Virus record (IMG/VR): IMGVR_UViG_3300028601_000023
Coordinates: 64,001-128,000 of that record
Strand: one strand, 5' to 3'
DNA: 64,000 nt
From: a virus
Lineage: Duplodnaviria; Caudoviricetes
How positions within the stretch are numbered: position 1 is the stretch's first letter; every line of letters begins with the position of its first letter. The notes under the pieces are model-generated. The model was not told the origin of the DNA. It was given only the letters and a program-made list of their open reading frames with translations, and searched no databases. Shown here piece by piece: positions 11,274 to 21,222 of the stretch. The position numbers were made by a program, and so were the translations under genes.

Positions 11274-11846
11274 ATGAGATACTGCTACATTCATGGATTC
11301 AACTCTGGACCGAAAACGTCTACGCTAGATGCCTTAAGATCTGATCTCGGTGTGGAAGTCTTTGGGTTGTCTTACAAATCTCAGTTCACATACTACCAGA
11401 ACATTGAAAAGCTCTCCAGACAAATCAATGATCTTAGAGAACCGTGCATCTTGATCGGAACATCTCTTGGTGGATTTTATGCCAGTCGACTTCTTATCAA
11501 CTACAATGTTTCTGGTGCTGTCATGTTCAACCCATGCAACTGTCCAGCCGAAGAACTCCAACAATTCATCGGACTGAATACCAACTTTTCAACTGGAGAA
11601 CAGTACGAGCTGACTGATTATATTGTAGACACATATTCCATGGCTACAGAATTAGATCTTCGTAATGTCATGAAACCAAAGTTGGTTTATCTCGCCAACA
11701 ATGATGAATTGATAAATAATACTGAATCAGAATCGTACTGGAATGGATGTGCTCAGATAGAATGGTTTGAAGGAAACCATCGAGTCACAGATTTCAGTCC
11801 GTTCAAAGATGAAATTCTTTCAATGGAGCATCTTATATATCTATGA
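11274..11846 (+). CDS. YqiA/UPF0227-type alpha/beta hydrolase
   Basis: YIHGFNS, GTSLGG, DELI, GNH. Confidence 0.85.
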   Translation: MRYCYIHGFNSGPKTSTLDALRSDLGVEVFGLSYKSQFTYYQNIEKLSRQINDLREPCILIGTSLGGFYASRLLINYNVSGAVMFNPCNCPAEELQQFIGLNTNFSTGEQYELTDYIVDTYSMATELDLRNVMKPKLVYLANNDELINNTESESYWNGCAQIEWFEGNHRVTDFSPFKDEILSMEHLIYL

Positions 11847-12382
11847 TAACTTTTTCAGAATTTTTAAATGAGTCTTATGTAAATTTGTTCAAGCCAGATG
11901 AAAAGAAAGTATATGCTGATGAAGTGTTTGCTCTACTACAAAATTCATATAAGAAAGTTGGTGGTCTGAAAGGATCTGGTTTCAATTCACCAGATGATAT
12001 GGTTGCGCGTATTCCGTTCTGGAAGCTTGTACGCAAAAATGATAAGATAGTAGCGGCGGTATTCTATAAGGATTCTGGTGGTAGAAAGTTGGTTGCCCTT
12101 GGAACTGATGGCTCTCCAGAAGGTAAAGCTGCTATAGTTGATTTGATGAAAGCTGAAATTACTAGACAGAGATCTTATTCTGAAGTCTCAGAACCAGTTG
12201 TTTCGTTCATCAAGAAATATGTATTGTCTAATCTAGAACAATATATGATCCCAGCCGATCAAGTTGCAGAGATCCTTGGAAAGGAGATTCGTATTACTGG
12301 AAAGTATACTTATACTCGTGAGATCGGTGGAAACCATCATGAAAAGTTAATGTTTGGAAAACCCGGAGTCAAGTTCTACTAA
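11843..12382 (+). CDS. putative internal head protein (capsid-targeting N-terminus)
   Basis: MITFSEFLNE resembles the T4 internal-protein CTS MKTYQEFIAE. Confidence 0.6.
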   Translation: MITFSEFLNESYVNLFKPDEKKVYADEVFALLQNSYKKVGGLKGSGFNSPDDMVARIPFWKLVRKNDKIVAAVFYKDSGGRKLVALGTDGSPEGKAAIVDLMKAEITRQRSYSEVSEPVVSFIKKYVLSNLEQYMIPADQVAEILGKEIRITGKYTYTREIGGNHHEKLMFGKPGVKFY

Positions 12383-12520
12383 AATGTTAACATTTATTAT
12401 ACTTATATGGATTGGATTTTTTACTTGGGCTTTATGGTATCTTGGTGATTTTTAGTTGACATTCTATCATCTCCTTGTTATTTGTTATTCTCAATGGCGA
12501 CAATAACAAGGAGATTCTAA

Positions 12521-13858
12521 ATGAAATCCGTCTCTCAAATCCTCGAACAACTCTCTTCTACCAATTCTTCTAACGACAAGTTGAATATTCTCTCAGCAAA
12601 TATTGATAACAAAGATCTTCAGCGATTCTTTTTCTATGCTTTGAATCCTCACTATGTTTATGGACTCAAAAAGATTCCTGGATATGTAAAGCGATCTGAA
12701 ACAGTAATAGAAGCAACGGTTTTTCACTTTCTCGATGCTCTCAGAGGACGTAAAGTTACTGGTAATAAGGCAATAGAAGAATTGAAAGGGATCCTTGAGA
12801 ATACATCTGATGACTTAGAATGCCAGATTCTCAAAATTATCAAGAAGGATCCTGATGTTGGAGTTTCTTCCGGGTTGATTGAAAGAGTCTGGCCGTTGCT
12901 TTTACCTATTGGAGTAAAGCTCTGCAAGGCACAACCGTATTCTCCTAAAGCAATTTCCAAAATCTCTTTTCCTGCTATCTCTGACCTGAAAGCTGATGGA
13001 GCAAGGGTTAATGCTTTTATCTATAAAGATCGTGTTGAACTGTTCTCCTCTGGTAGTCTGAAACTTCATGGAGTCAAAATCCTCGAAGATGATATTCTAT
13101 TGAGTGGAGCAACTGAACACGTTCTTGACGGCGAGTGTGTTGTTCTTGAAGAAGATATGAAAACCGTTATGCCTCGGAAGAAAGGAAACGGAATCATCAC
13201 CAAAGCAATCAAGGGAACTATCTCTCCCGAAGAAGCAAACCGAATTCGTTTTCATGTTTGGGATCTCATTGGATTCAGATCTTATAATGACTCAACCAAA
13301 TATCCTACTGCTGGATATAGAGCTCGTCGAGAATCTCTCATTCACAGGATCACTCCATGTTCTCGAGTTGAAATGATTGAGTCCAAGATTGTCAACAATA
13401 TTACAGAAGCAATTGCTCATTTCAAAGAGATGCTTGCGCTTGGACAAGAAGGAACCATCCTGAAGAATCTCGATTTCATTTGGGATGGCAAGAGGGTTCA
13501 AGATTGCGTCAAGTTCAAACTGATCATTGAGAATACTCTGAAATGTATTGATGTCAAGATCTCTATTGAGACCAAATACGAAGGGCAAATTGGAGCTCTG
13601 ATATGTGAATCAGCTGATAAGAAGGTTGTTGTTTCTGTTGGATCTGGATTGTCTGATGATGATCGTATTAAATATAGCATGGAATCGCCGATCGGAAAGT
13701 TCTTCGAAGTACGTTCTAATGGTTTGATCTCAGATGAATCAGGATGGTCATTGTATTTGCCGCGCTTGGTAGAAGAACGCTTTGACAAGTCAGAAGCAGA
13801 TGATTTTGAGACCATTGAAGCCCTGTCTAATGGATCACAAATGCTGCTGAATGAATAA
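12521..13858 (+). CDS. ATP-dependent DNA ligase (T4 gp30-like)
   Basis: KADGAR, LDGE, WDLI, EGTILKN, C-terminal OB domain with GSG. Confidence 0.92.
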   Translation: MKSVSQILEQLSSTNSSNDKLNILSANIDNKDLQRFFFYALNPHYVYGLKKIPGYVKRSETVIEATVFHFLDALRGRKVTGNKAIEELKGILENTSDDLECQILKIIKKDPDVGVSSGLIERVWPLLLPIGVKLCKAQPYSPKAISKISFPAISDLKADGARVNAFIYKDRVELFSSGSLKLHGVKILEDDILLSGATEHVLDGECVVLEEDMKTVMPRKKGNGIITKAIKGTISPEEANRIRFHVWDLIGFRSYNDSTKYPTAGYRARRESLIHRITPCSRVEMIESKIVNNITEAIAHFKEMLALGQEGTILKNLDFIWDGKRVQDCVKFKLIIENTLKCIDVKISIETKYEGQIGALICESADKKVVVSVGSGLSDDDRIKYSMESPIGKFFEVRSNGLISDESGWSLYLPRLVEERFDKSEADDFETIEALSNGSQMLLNE

Positions 13859-13879
13859 CAGATTACTAAATTCTCTTTG

Positions 13880-13887
13880 TATAAATA
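13880..13887 (+). promoter_or_regulatory. T4-type late promoter
   Basis: TATAAATA upstream of thyX; the same motif occurs at 22167, 45180, 51814, 58193, 61609. Confidence 0.6.
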
Positions 13888-13914
13888 AATCCCCGCTTAA
13901 AAATATGGAGGCAT

Positions 13915-14685
13915 ATGAAAGTTACTTTGATAGGTATTTCCGTCCCAAACATTCAACAGACTTATCAGGAGGATTGTGATCCAGACAAAGTTGTTTATAC
14001 AGCATTAGCACAATGCTACAACGATTCTTTCAATCCGTTATCAGACAAATATCCTTCTGTAGAAGAGATGAAAAAGGTCATTAATCATGTAATAAAATCT
14101 GGCCATCATTCAGTAGCAGAACATGTCTATTTTAGTTTTCTAATTGAAGATGTTAGTAGAGCATTGACGCATCAGTTGGTACGTCATAGAATTGCGAGTT
14201 ATTCACAGAAATCTCAACGATATACTGATGGATCATTCTTTTCTTATGTAGTTCCACCGACAATTGCGAAGAATGATGATGATCGTAAAGCATATGTAGA
14301 TCATATGGAATCTACTCAGAAGCTCTATGCTAAACTTGTAGATTCTGGTGTTCCTCATGAAGATGCTCGGTTTATTCTACCAAATGCGTGCACGTCCAAT
14401 ATAGTAATGACAATGAATATTCGTTCATTGGGTGAGTTCTTTGCTAAGAGACTTTGTAAGAGAGCTCAATGGGAAATTCGTGATCTAGCATCTGTAATGG
14501 CTGTTAAACTACAAGATGTTGCTCCGACGTTTTTCAAAGATAATAAACTTGGATATGCTGCATGTATTCAGAACGGTTTTTGTAAAGAAGGAAAGTCTTG
14601 TGGTATGATGCCGAAACTAGACGATCTAAAGAATGCTTATAAAATTCTACAGGTACAAAAAGATGAAGTATATAACAGGCGATGA
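13915..14685 (+). CDS. thyX: flavin-dependent thymidylate synthase
   Basis: GHHSVAEH, RALTHQLVRHRIASYSQKSQRY, AQWEIR. Confidence 0.95.
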   Translation: MKVTLIGISVPNIQQTYQEDCDPDKVVYTALAQCYNDSFNPLSDKYPSVEEMKKVINHVIKSGHHSVAEHVYFSFLIEDVSRALTHQLVRHRIASYSQKSQRYTDGSFFSYVVPPTIAKNDDDRKAYVDHMESTQKLYAKLVDSGVPHEDARFILPNACTSNIVMTMNIRSLGEFFAKRLCKRAQWEIRDLASVMAVKLQDVAPTFFKDNKLGYAACIQNGFCKEGKSCGMMPKLDDLKNAYKILQVQKDEVYNRR

Positions 14686-14908
14686 AGCAACAGAATATAT
14701 TTCTAAGTTTGAAGATGAACTGAAAGCTCTATTAGAAAAGTATAAAGCTGAAGCCAATATAGAAGATAACTGGAACGGATATTCTGAATGTGGTAGAGAT
14801 CTTCATATTGTATTTGAACTAAAAGATTGTTTAAAAGAATTAGAATTCGGTTCTTGGATAGATAAAGATACCAAAGGTAAAATTGAATAAAGGAGATATA
14901 TCGAAAGA

Positions 14909-16714
14909 ATGGCTAAAAAGTTAAAACCAATGGTCCGGTTGAATAAGGATCAGATCGAGCAGAAACAATTATTTATTGATAGCTACAAAGGAGCGAAGAA
15001 CGCTGCTATTGGATCTTCAGTAGATGCTAACTCAAATGTGGTATCTAAAACTGTTGCAACTCTTGGTGCTGAATTATTTAAGGATTTTCATATTCAGATT
15101 AATAGAAAAACGGTCTATGATAAAATTGCTGAGATGTTCGATCAAGAAACAGCTGACAAATACGTAGAATGGTTAGAAGACCATCGAATCTATAGACATG
15201 ATGAGACTGCTCAAACTCCTGGGACTCCATATTGTGTTGCTATCAATATGTATCCCTTTCTTGAACATGGCATGACTAGACTCGGTGGAGAATCAAAAGC
15301 TCCTAAACATTTAGAATCTTATTGTGGATCCTTTATCAATTTGGTCTTTGCTATTAGTTCTCAGTTTGCTGGTGCTGTTGCTACTGTAGAATTCTTATTG
15401 TACTTTCACTATTTTGCTAAGAAGGACTATGGTGTCGATTATCTCCATACAGAAACCGAGAGAGTCAAATCAAAACTTCAACATGTAGTATATTCTTTAA
15501 ATCAACCCGCTGCAGCAAGGGGCTGGCAATCTGTATTTTGGAATGTTTCTGTATTTGATAGATACTTCTATGAATCTATGTTTGGTAACTTTATGTTTCC
15601 AGACTTTACAAAAGTAGACTATGATGAATTCAACGAAATGCAGAAGTTCTTTCTTGAATGGCTATTAGATGAAAGATCTAAGTCTTTGCTAACCTTTCCA
15701 GTACTAACGGAAGCTTCTTTGAATGCAGAAGATGATGCAAAGGATTTAGAATGGGCTGACTTTATTGCAGAAATACGCGCAAAAGGTTTATCTATGTTTT
15801 CTTTTAATGATAAAACAGCATCAAGTTTGTCCAGCTGCTGCAGATTAGCCTCAAAGCTAGATGATACCATAAACGATTTCTCATTCTCACTTGGGGCAGG
15901 CGGTGTTAGTACAGGAAGTACTAGTGTCATTACAATCAATATAAACAATGTAATACAGAAAGGTTATGAATTAGAAGAAACAATCAAAGAAGTACAGAAG
16001 TTCCAGGTTGCAAATAGAAAACTTGTAGAAGAATATGTTTCTGATGGATTGCTTCCCGCTTATAACGCAGGATTTATTAGTCTAGATAAACAGTTCGTCA
16101 CACTTGGCGTTCTTGGACTAAACGAAGCAGCTGAGTATCTCGGTTATACAGTTGGCAACAATGACGCGTATAAAGATTGGGCTGCTGGGATTTTCAAATT
16201 GTTCTCGGATCTTAATTCTGAAGCTCGTCAAAAATACGGCATCAAATTCAATACTGAGTGTGTTCCTGGAGAATCTCTAGGTGTCAAGTTTGCTAATTGG
16301 GATAAAGAAGCTGGTCTAAAAGTAAATCGTGATTGTTATAATTCATATATGTATCTACCAGAATCAACTGATACTTCTATTCCAGACAAGTTTCAGCTTC
16401 ATGGTGGAAATATTGCAGAAATGCAAGATGGCGGTTCTGCTCTACATTGTAATCTATCTCAGCTACCAGACAAAGAACTCTTCAGATGGCTTCGTAAACT
16501 TGCTGCTGTCTATGGAACAAAATATTGGACAACCAATGTTCTGACATCAGTCTGTGAAGAATGCGGTCATATTGATATGAGAACAGTTGATGTGTGTTCT
16601 GTTTGTGGATCAACAAATATCAACTGGGCTACACGTGTTATCGGATATCTTCGTAAAATTGCCAACTATTCTGAAGGTAGACAGAAAGAAGCAGCTATCA
16701 GATATTACCACTAA
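14909..16714 (+). CDS. nrdD: anaerobic (class III) ribonucleotide reductase
   Basis: PYCVA, TFPV, SSCCR, CEECG..CSVCG, RVIGYL glycyl-radical loop. Confidence 0.93.
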   Translation: MAKKLKPMVRLNKDQIEQKQLFIDSYKGAKNAAIGSSVDANSNVVSKTVATLGAELFKDFHIQINRKTVYDKIAEMFDQETADKYVEWLEDHRIYRHDETAQTPGTPYCVAINMYPFLEHGMTRLGGESKAPKHLESYCGSFINLVFAISSQFAGAVATVEFLLYFHYFAKKDYGVDYLHTETERVKSKLQHVVYSLNQPAAARGWQSVFWNVSVFDRYFYESMFGNFMFPDFTKVDYDEFNEMQKFFLEWLLDERSKSLLTFPVLTEASLNAEDDAKDLEWADFIAEIRAKGLSMFSFNDKTASSLSSCCRLASKLDDTINDFSFSLGAGGVSTGSTSVITININNVIQKGYELEETIKEVQKFQVANRKLVEEYVSDGLLPAYNAGFISLDKQFVTLGVLGLNEAAEYLGYTVGNNDAYKDWAAGIFKLFSDLNSEARQKYGIKFNTECVPGESLGVKFANWDKEAGLKVNRDCYNSYMYLPESTDTSIPDKFQLHGGNIAEMQDGGSALHCNLSQLPDKELFRWLRKLAAVYGTKYWTTNVLTSVCEECGHIDMRTVDVCSVCGSTNINWATRVIGYLRKIANYSEGRQKEAAIRYYH

Positions 16715-16729
16715 AATAAATAAAAGTTG

Positions 16730-16799
16730 TTGACATCTAGACTCCGAATGGTTATTCTAATCTTAATTGAACGGAAACATATAACCATTCGGAGTTATC
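16730..16799 (+). promoter_or_regulatory. early promoter + leader cassette, copy 5 (with SD-sequestering inverted repeat)
   Basis: TTGACA(16730)-17-TATTCT(16753); actccgaatggttat / ataaccattcggagt. Confidence 0.8.
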
Positions 16800-17060
16800 A
16801 TGCTTTACCACCCCACTTACACTGCCGCAATTTCTACTGCTCTTGATTCCGCTGAAGAACTCGGTTATTCCTATGATGAAAATGAATACTTTGATACAAT
16901 AGCAATCGGAACATCTCGTCCAAAAGTTGGCGAGACTTCGAGATTCTCCCTTAGACTTCGTCACAATAGCATGAAAGCCACTGATGCTGATGTATATATT
17001 CATGTACAGGTTTATGGAATGGAATCTGGAATGTACGAACTTAACTTTTATATTCTGTAA
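16800..17060 (+). CDS. early hypothetical protein
   Basis: ORF after cassette; ends QVYGMESGMYELNFYIL. Confidence 0.7.
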   Translation: MLYHPTYTAAISTALDSAEELGYSYDENEYFDTIAIGTSRPKVGETSRFSLRLRHNSMKATDADVYIHVQVYGMESGMYELNFYIL

Positions 17061-17068
17061 AACAATTA

Positions 17069-17133
17069 TTGACATTCTATAAGCTATTAGTTATTCTAAA
17101 CTCAATTGAACAACAAATCCCTGGAGGATTAAG
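17069..17133 (+). promoter_or_regulatory. early promoter + leader cassette, copy 6
   Basis: TTGACA(17069)-17-TATTCT(17092). Confidence 0.85.
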
Positions 17134-17511
17134 ATGAACACACGATTTCATTATACTGATTTTTCAGTTTATTCCGACCTCTACAAAGACGTTTATGGAT
17201 TTCGTCCTCGCAGTATTCCTTTCACAACAGTTGCAGAGTATCGAGCCGAGATGACACAACTCAGTGAGATGCTCAAAGATGACATTTCTGTAGAAAAACA
17301 AGAAATAAAATTTGCAGTTGATAGATTCAATCAAATTGTGTCTGATACCATGAATACTTGTAATTGTTCATGGAAAAAGGCTATTGATTTTTTAATGGAT
17401 GCAGAAGACAATGTATATGTTTCTGATGATATGGAATTCTTTCTGTATCATTATGGAATCTATGGGAATCTAGCGTATGAGATTATCAGAAAGTACAAGG
17501 AGGAAAACTAA
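17134..17511 (+). CDS. conserved T4-like early protein
   Basis: YSDLYKDVYGFRPR motif. Confidence 0.7.
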   Translation: MNTRFHYTDFSVYSDLYKDVYGFRPRSIPFTTVAEYRAEMTQLSEMLKDDISVEKQEIKFAVDRFNQIVSDTMNTCNCSWKKAIDFLMDAEDNVYVSDDMEFFLYHYGIYGNLAYEIIRKYKEEN

Positions 17512-17694
17512 AATGTTCGCAGATATTTATGTCAGAGACGGATACGGAGATACAATTATCAGACGCAAGCAGGTGAAGCATTGTCCTCATAAAGGTGAAC
17601 GAGTCGAGTTGGATGGTGTATACTATAATATTGTCGATATAGTTCATCGTCTTGATTATGATTGTTTTAACCTTATTTTGGAGAGGAGCTACAA

Positions 17695-18075
17695 ATGAAA
17701 CTCGCTATTGTCGGATCCAGAACGTTTACCGATTATCTGTTTTTAGAATCTACTATAATGACTAGGATAAATAAAACTGTAACTGAGATCGTTTCTGGTG
17801 GAGCTCCTGGTGCTGATAGTCTTGCTGAAGATTTCGCAAAGAAGTTCCGACTGAAAATGAAAGTATTCCCTGCAGATTGGAAAGGGCTTGGAAAGAAAGC
17901 TGGATATCTTCGGAATATTTCTATTATAGAATATTCTGATATTGTAATTGCTTTTTGGGATTTTGTTTCTCCTGGAACAAAATCATCTATTAACCTTGCT
18001 TATAAGATGCACAAGGAATTGCATATCATCGACGTACGAACCAATAAAAATGGAGTTTATAATGAAAACATTTAA
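17695..18075 (+). CDS. SLOG family (YspA/DUF2493-like) protein
   Basis: AIVGSRTFTDY, VSGGAPGAD, AGYLRN, FWD..S.GT. Confidence 0.85.
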   Translation: MKLAIVGSRTFTDYLFLESTIMTRINKTVTEIVSGGAPGADSLAEDFAKKFRLKMKVFPADWKGLGKKAGYLRNISIIEYSDIVIAFWDFVSPGTKSSINLAYKMHKELHIIDVRTNKNGVYNENI

Positions 18076-18796
18076 GGAATTCATAGAAGAAGCAACTAAG
18101 GAAATGACCCTCAAACAGGTCATGAAGAAAATCAATGACGGCTACTGGGAAGCCGAACAAGATATGAAAGTTGGTCGTCACGCTATCCTTAGAGATATCA
18201 GGACCAAGAAACGGATCACTGTCTATATCAAGGAAGATCTAAACGAAGAATTTAAGACGGGTGATTACGTAAAACACACAAAAAGTGGCGTTGTTGGCAA
18301 GATTGTGAATGTTGCCAGCGATAAGGCCGCCGTCGATGTCAAATGGAATAGTGGAAAAACCACTACAACTGATCCAAAGAAATTGACTAAATTCAATCTA
18401 AAGGAAGATCTAATCGAAGCTGCTCAAGAAAAAGATCTTGATCCTAAGAAGAAGATCGTTGTCAAAGGTGTCAAGGGAGCAAAGTCCAAGCCTTTCGTAA
18501 AGAAATTCAGAAATATGGACGCATACGAAAAGTGGACTGATTCTGATGAGTTTGGTGATTTCGAAGTTCATCAGATTATGAATGAGTCTGATGAAGATAA
18601 TTATATCAATGAAGCTGAGGACGTACACAACTTTATTAGTGACATGATCATGGACTTCGAAAAGAAACTTGAAAGTGTCATTTCAAAGGGTGCTAAGTCG
18701 ATTGATCCAACTGTTCTTAAAGAACTCAAGAAACTTGAAGCTGAATGTGGCAAAGTTCGCAAAGGTAAATTACACGACGTTAGACCTGGGCGTTAA
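18062..18796 (+). CDS. putative internal head polyprotein
   Basis: MKTFKEFIEE N-terminus plus internal L/I-x-E sites. Confidence 0.65.
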   Translation: MKTFKEFIEEATKEMTLKQVMKKINDGYWEAEQDMKVGRHAILRDIRTKKRITVYIKEDLNEEFKTGDYVKHTKSGVVGKIVNVASDKAAVDVKWNSGKTTTTDPKKLTKFNLKEDLIEAAQEKDLDPKKKIVVKGVKGAKSKPFVKKFRNMDAYEKWTDSDEFGDFEVHQIMNESDEDNYINEAEDVHNFISDMIMDFEKKLESVISKGAKSIDPTVLKELKKLEAECGKVRKGKLHDVRPGR

Positions 18797-18797
18797 T

Positions 18798-19208
18798 ATG
18801 AAAACGTTCACAGAATATATCAATGAGAGCTTTACAGTTAAAGCTGGCCTTCAGGGAGCTCTCAATGTCAATGGTAAAGACATTGCTAAAGTTGTAAAGC
18901 ATGGAAACAATGTCTTTATTATGATTGACAAAAAAGACGGTGACAAAAATCGTCTTCTGGTTCCAGGTGGAAAAGATATGCTATCATCTGAGATAGTTGA
19001 TTGGTTTACATCTTATCTCAAAAAGAATCCAAAGGTTCTGTCTGAAGATTTAGAAGAAGCGTATACTCTTTCTGGAACTCCCGAAGAAGCAAAGAAAGCG
19101 ATAGATCAATACATGAAAGCTATCCAGGGTCTTGGAATTTCAAAAGAAATTGTCAAGGCTGGTGTAGATGCTATCATGGCAAACTTCAAAAAGGATTGTA
19201 AAAAATGA
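18798..19208 (+). CDS. putative internal head protein
   Basis: MKTFTEYINE N-terminus. Confidence 0.65.
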   Translation: MKTFTEYINESFTVKAGLQGALNVNGKDIAKVVKHGNNVFIMIDKKDGDKNRLLVPGGKDMLSSEIVDWFTSYLKKNPKVLSEDLEEAYTLSGTPEEAKKAIDQYMKAIQGLGISKEIVKAGVDAIMANFKKDCKK

Positions 19209-19477
19209 AAACATTTAGCGAATATTTGAATGAGTCTATTGATTATACAAAGAAAAAACATCCAGATGGCGGAGAGCTCGCAATTCTCATAAATCCTTTG
19301 AAAAATGATGGCGAAGATGGAAAGTATACAGTAGTGCTTCGTCCGAATAGAAAAAAAGGATCAATAAAAACTCGAAAATCTATAAACATACAATCTTTTA
19401 ATAATCTTCATGATGCTGAAAAGGCAAAAAAAGAATATGCTATAAAATTTGGTTATGGTATAGTAGGATCGAAATAA
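19205..19477 (+). CDS. putative internal head protein
   Basis: MKTFSEYLNE N-terminus. Confidence 0.65.
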   Translation: MKTFSEYLNESIDYTKKKHPDGGELAILINPLKNDGEDGKYTVVLRPNRKKGSIKTRKSINIQSFNNLHDAEKAKKEYAIKFGYGIVGSK

Positions 19478-19999
19478 ATGATCAATTATTCACTCTTTGT
19501 AGAACTCTGTGATCTAGTAGAAAAGTATAAAGACCGTTATGAGGAATCTAAACGGTCTCATATTGAAAAGGTCATAACAAACGGAAAGAAACTGTTCTAT
19601 TCTGGAATGTTTCCGACACTACCAGATCTGTTTTTGTCTGAACTAGAATCTCATGACAATACAAAGTTCTACTCTGATGAATATTTTGGAGCAGTCCTTC
19701 GGCACGCTGTTAATTTCTGTGGTGCTAAATATCCCTCTAAAGATATAGAAGACTTTGCTAATAGTTCAATTGATACCCATAAGAAATTGAATTCTCATCA
19801 TCCAGAGAGCTTTCTAAACCCAAATGATATGACTCTAATGCATCTTGCTTTAATGATATCTGACTGGGAAGCTGTTGCGTCAGAGGAAAAGAATTCTACT
19901 AGAGAATGGTGGAACAAGGTCAAGGGCAACTATAACTTTGATGATGAACATGTATATATGATTGAACGACTGATTTGGTTTTTTGAGAACTATTCATGA
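19478..19999 (+). CDS. HD-like metal-dependent phosphohydrolase (DUF5662-like)
   Basis: H..KV, HDNTKF, H.K.N.HHPE, MISDW. Confidence 0.6.
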   Translation: MINYSLFVELCDLVEKYKDRYEESKRSHIEKVITNGKKLFYSGMFPTLPDLFLSELESHDNTKFYSDEYFGAVLRHAVNFCGAKYPSKDIEDFANSSIDTHKKLNSHHPESFLNPNDMTLMHLALMISDWEAVASEEKNSTREWWNKVKGNYNFDDEHVYMIERLIWFFENYS

Positions 20000-20418
20000 T
20001 AACCTTTACTACCTTTCTAAATGAGTCTGTTCTAAAAGTAAAGAACAAGTCTCTATCAGTTGTCTCTGCTGACAGGAACAAACTTGTCAGCATCAATATT
20101 AAAAAATTTGATGAAGCTTTCAAGAAGTCTAATATGTATATCGGTCCTGGTGGATCTGGATCTATTCATGGTAGATATAAACGGTTTGGAATATTTGTCT
20201 TTGGTGGAGTAGAAGATATTGGAGGAGGGATCAAGATTCCCTCCAAAGGTGTTGATTCAATTGAAGCTCCACAGGTTTCAGTCAATGACATCGGAGAGAT
20301 CAGCTTTACCAATGGCCGGCATAGATATGCATGGCTTCGAGACAACAAAGCTGATAAGATTTTTGTTTCAATGGATCCGACATCGATCAAGAACGCCAAG
20401 GACTTTGGATACATTTAA
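19996..20418 (+). CDS. ParB/Srx-like domain protein with capsid-targeting N-terminus
   Basis: MITFTTFLNE; P.VSV...FTNGRHRYAW. Confidence 0.55.
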   Translation: MITFTTFLNESVLKVKNKSLSVVSADRNKLVSINIKKFDEAFKKSNMYIGPGGSGSIHGRYKRFGIFVFGGVEDIGGGIKIPSKGVDSIEAPQVSVNDIGEISFTNGRHRYAWLRDNKADKIFVSMDPTSIKNAKDFGYI

Positions 20419-20456
20419 AGACTTTCAAGCGCCGCAACGAAACAGTCAATAATATC

Positions 20457-20478
20457 GGGACCTTACGGTCCCTTTTTT
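20457..20478 (+). terminator. intrinsic terminator
   Basis: gggacc-ttac-ggtccc followed by tttttt. Confidence 0.8.
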
Positions 20479-20489
20479 AATTTTCTGCT

Positions 20490-20854
20490 AATTTTGTTGG
20501 TAAATATACAGCAATTTTCGTCAATTTCGGGAATAGTCAATTAATTCAACAGGTTAGATGAAATATAGACACACTCTAAGTGGTTGATTTAATTCAACAA
20601 AAAAAGATACCGTTATTTTCCACAACATTTTTCGTAAATCACAAAAGTGAACCGTTTAAAGTAGACAGCTGAAGGTTTTCTATATGTATTTCGCTGAATA
20701 TTCTACTAGAGAAGAGCGAAGCTAAATCTTTCCACTGAGGGAACCGAAGTGGATGTCCGCAAGGACAAAACTCTGATGAGATTTTATTAGATCACCGGAG
20801 TGAATACTTAAAGTAGACAGCTGAAAGTATTTTTAGACTAAAACTTTAGAGTCT
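20490..20854. repeat. dispersed non-coding repeat copy A (origin-like)
   Basis: two blocks (20490-20637, 20714-20854) nearly identical to 57271-57418 and 57494-57634. Confidence 0.95.
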
Positions 20855-21222
20855 CTAAGGTGGGCGGTAAAAAGTATATCTAAATCGTTCTATGAAATTC
20901 TATTTCAATTAATGATCAACCAATTTCTTCTATTGCCTCTAATTGTTCCCTAGCGGGAAATGGCCTCGGTTCCCTTCGGCCAAAGTTTTAATGGTTTCTA
21001 TAAATATTTCTATGGAAACCTTCTATCAAATTTTCAACTAAGTTTCTATTAATTTTTATTCATTATTTCTATGTTATATCCATGTTTTATAGCTCCAAAC
21101 TATATTTGCTTGTGACTAAGTATTCAAGATTATTGAAAATGATGAATTCGGCAACAATTTCAGCTATTCTATTGACAACTGAAGAATTTTGGAGTATATT
21201 AATCTTTTAACGGAGGATATCT

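Noticed and set aside
12521-16714. Introns or inteins in ligase, thyX or nrdD
   Set aside because: ORFs are continuous, of ordinary length, with no splice-junction or homing endonuclease motifs seen
20771-20810. Hammerhead ribozyme suggested by ctgatgag (also at ~57553)
   Set aside because: The stem after CUGAUGA is not followed by GAAA and I could not build stems I/III around an NUH site
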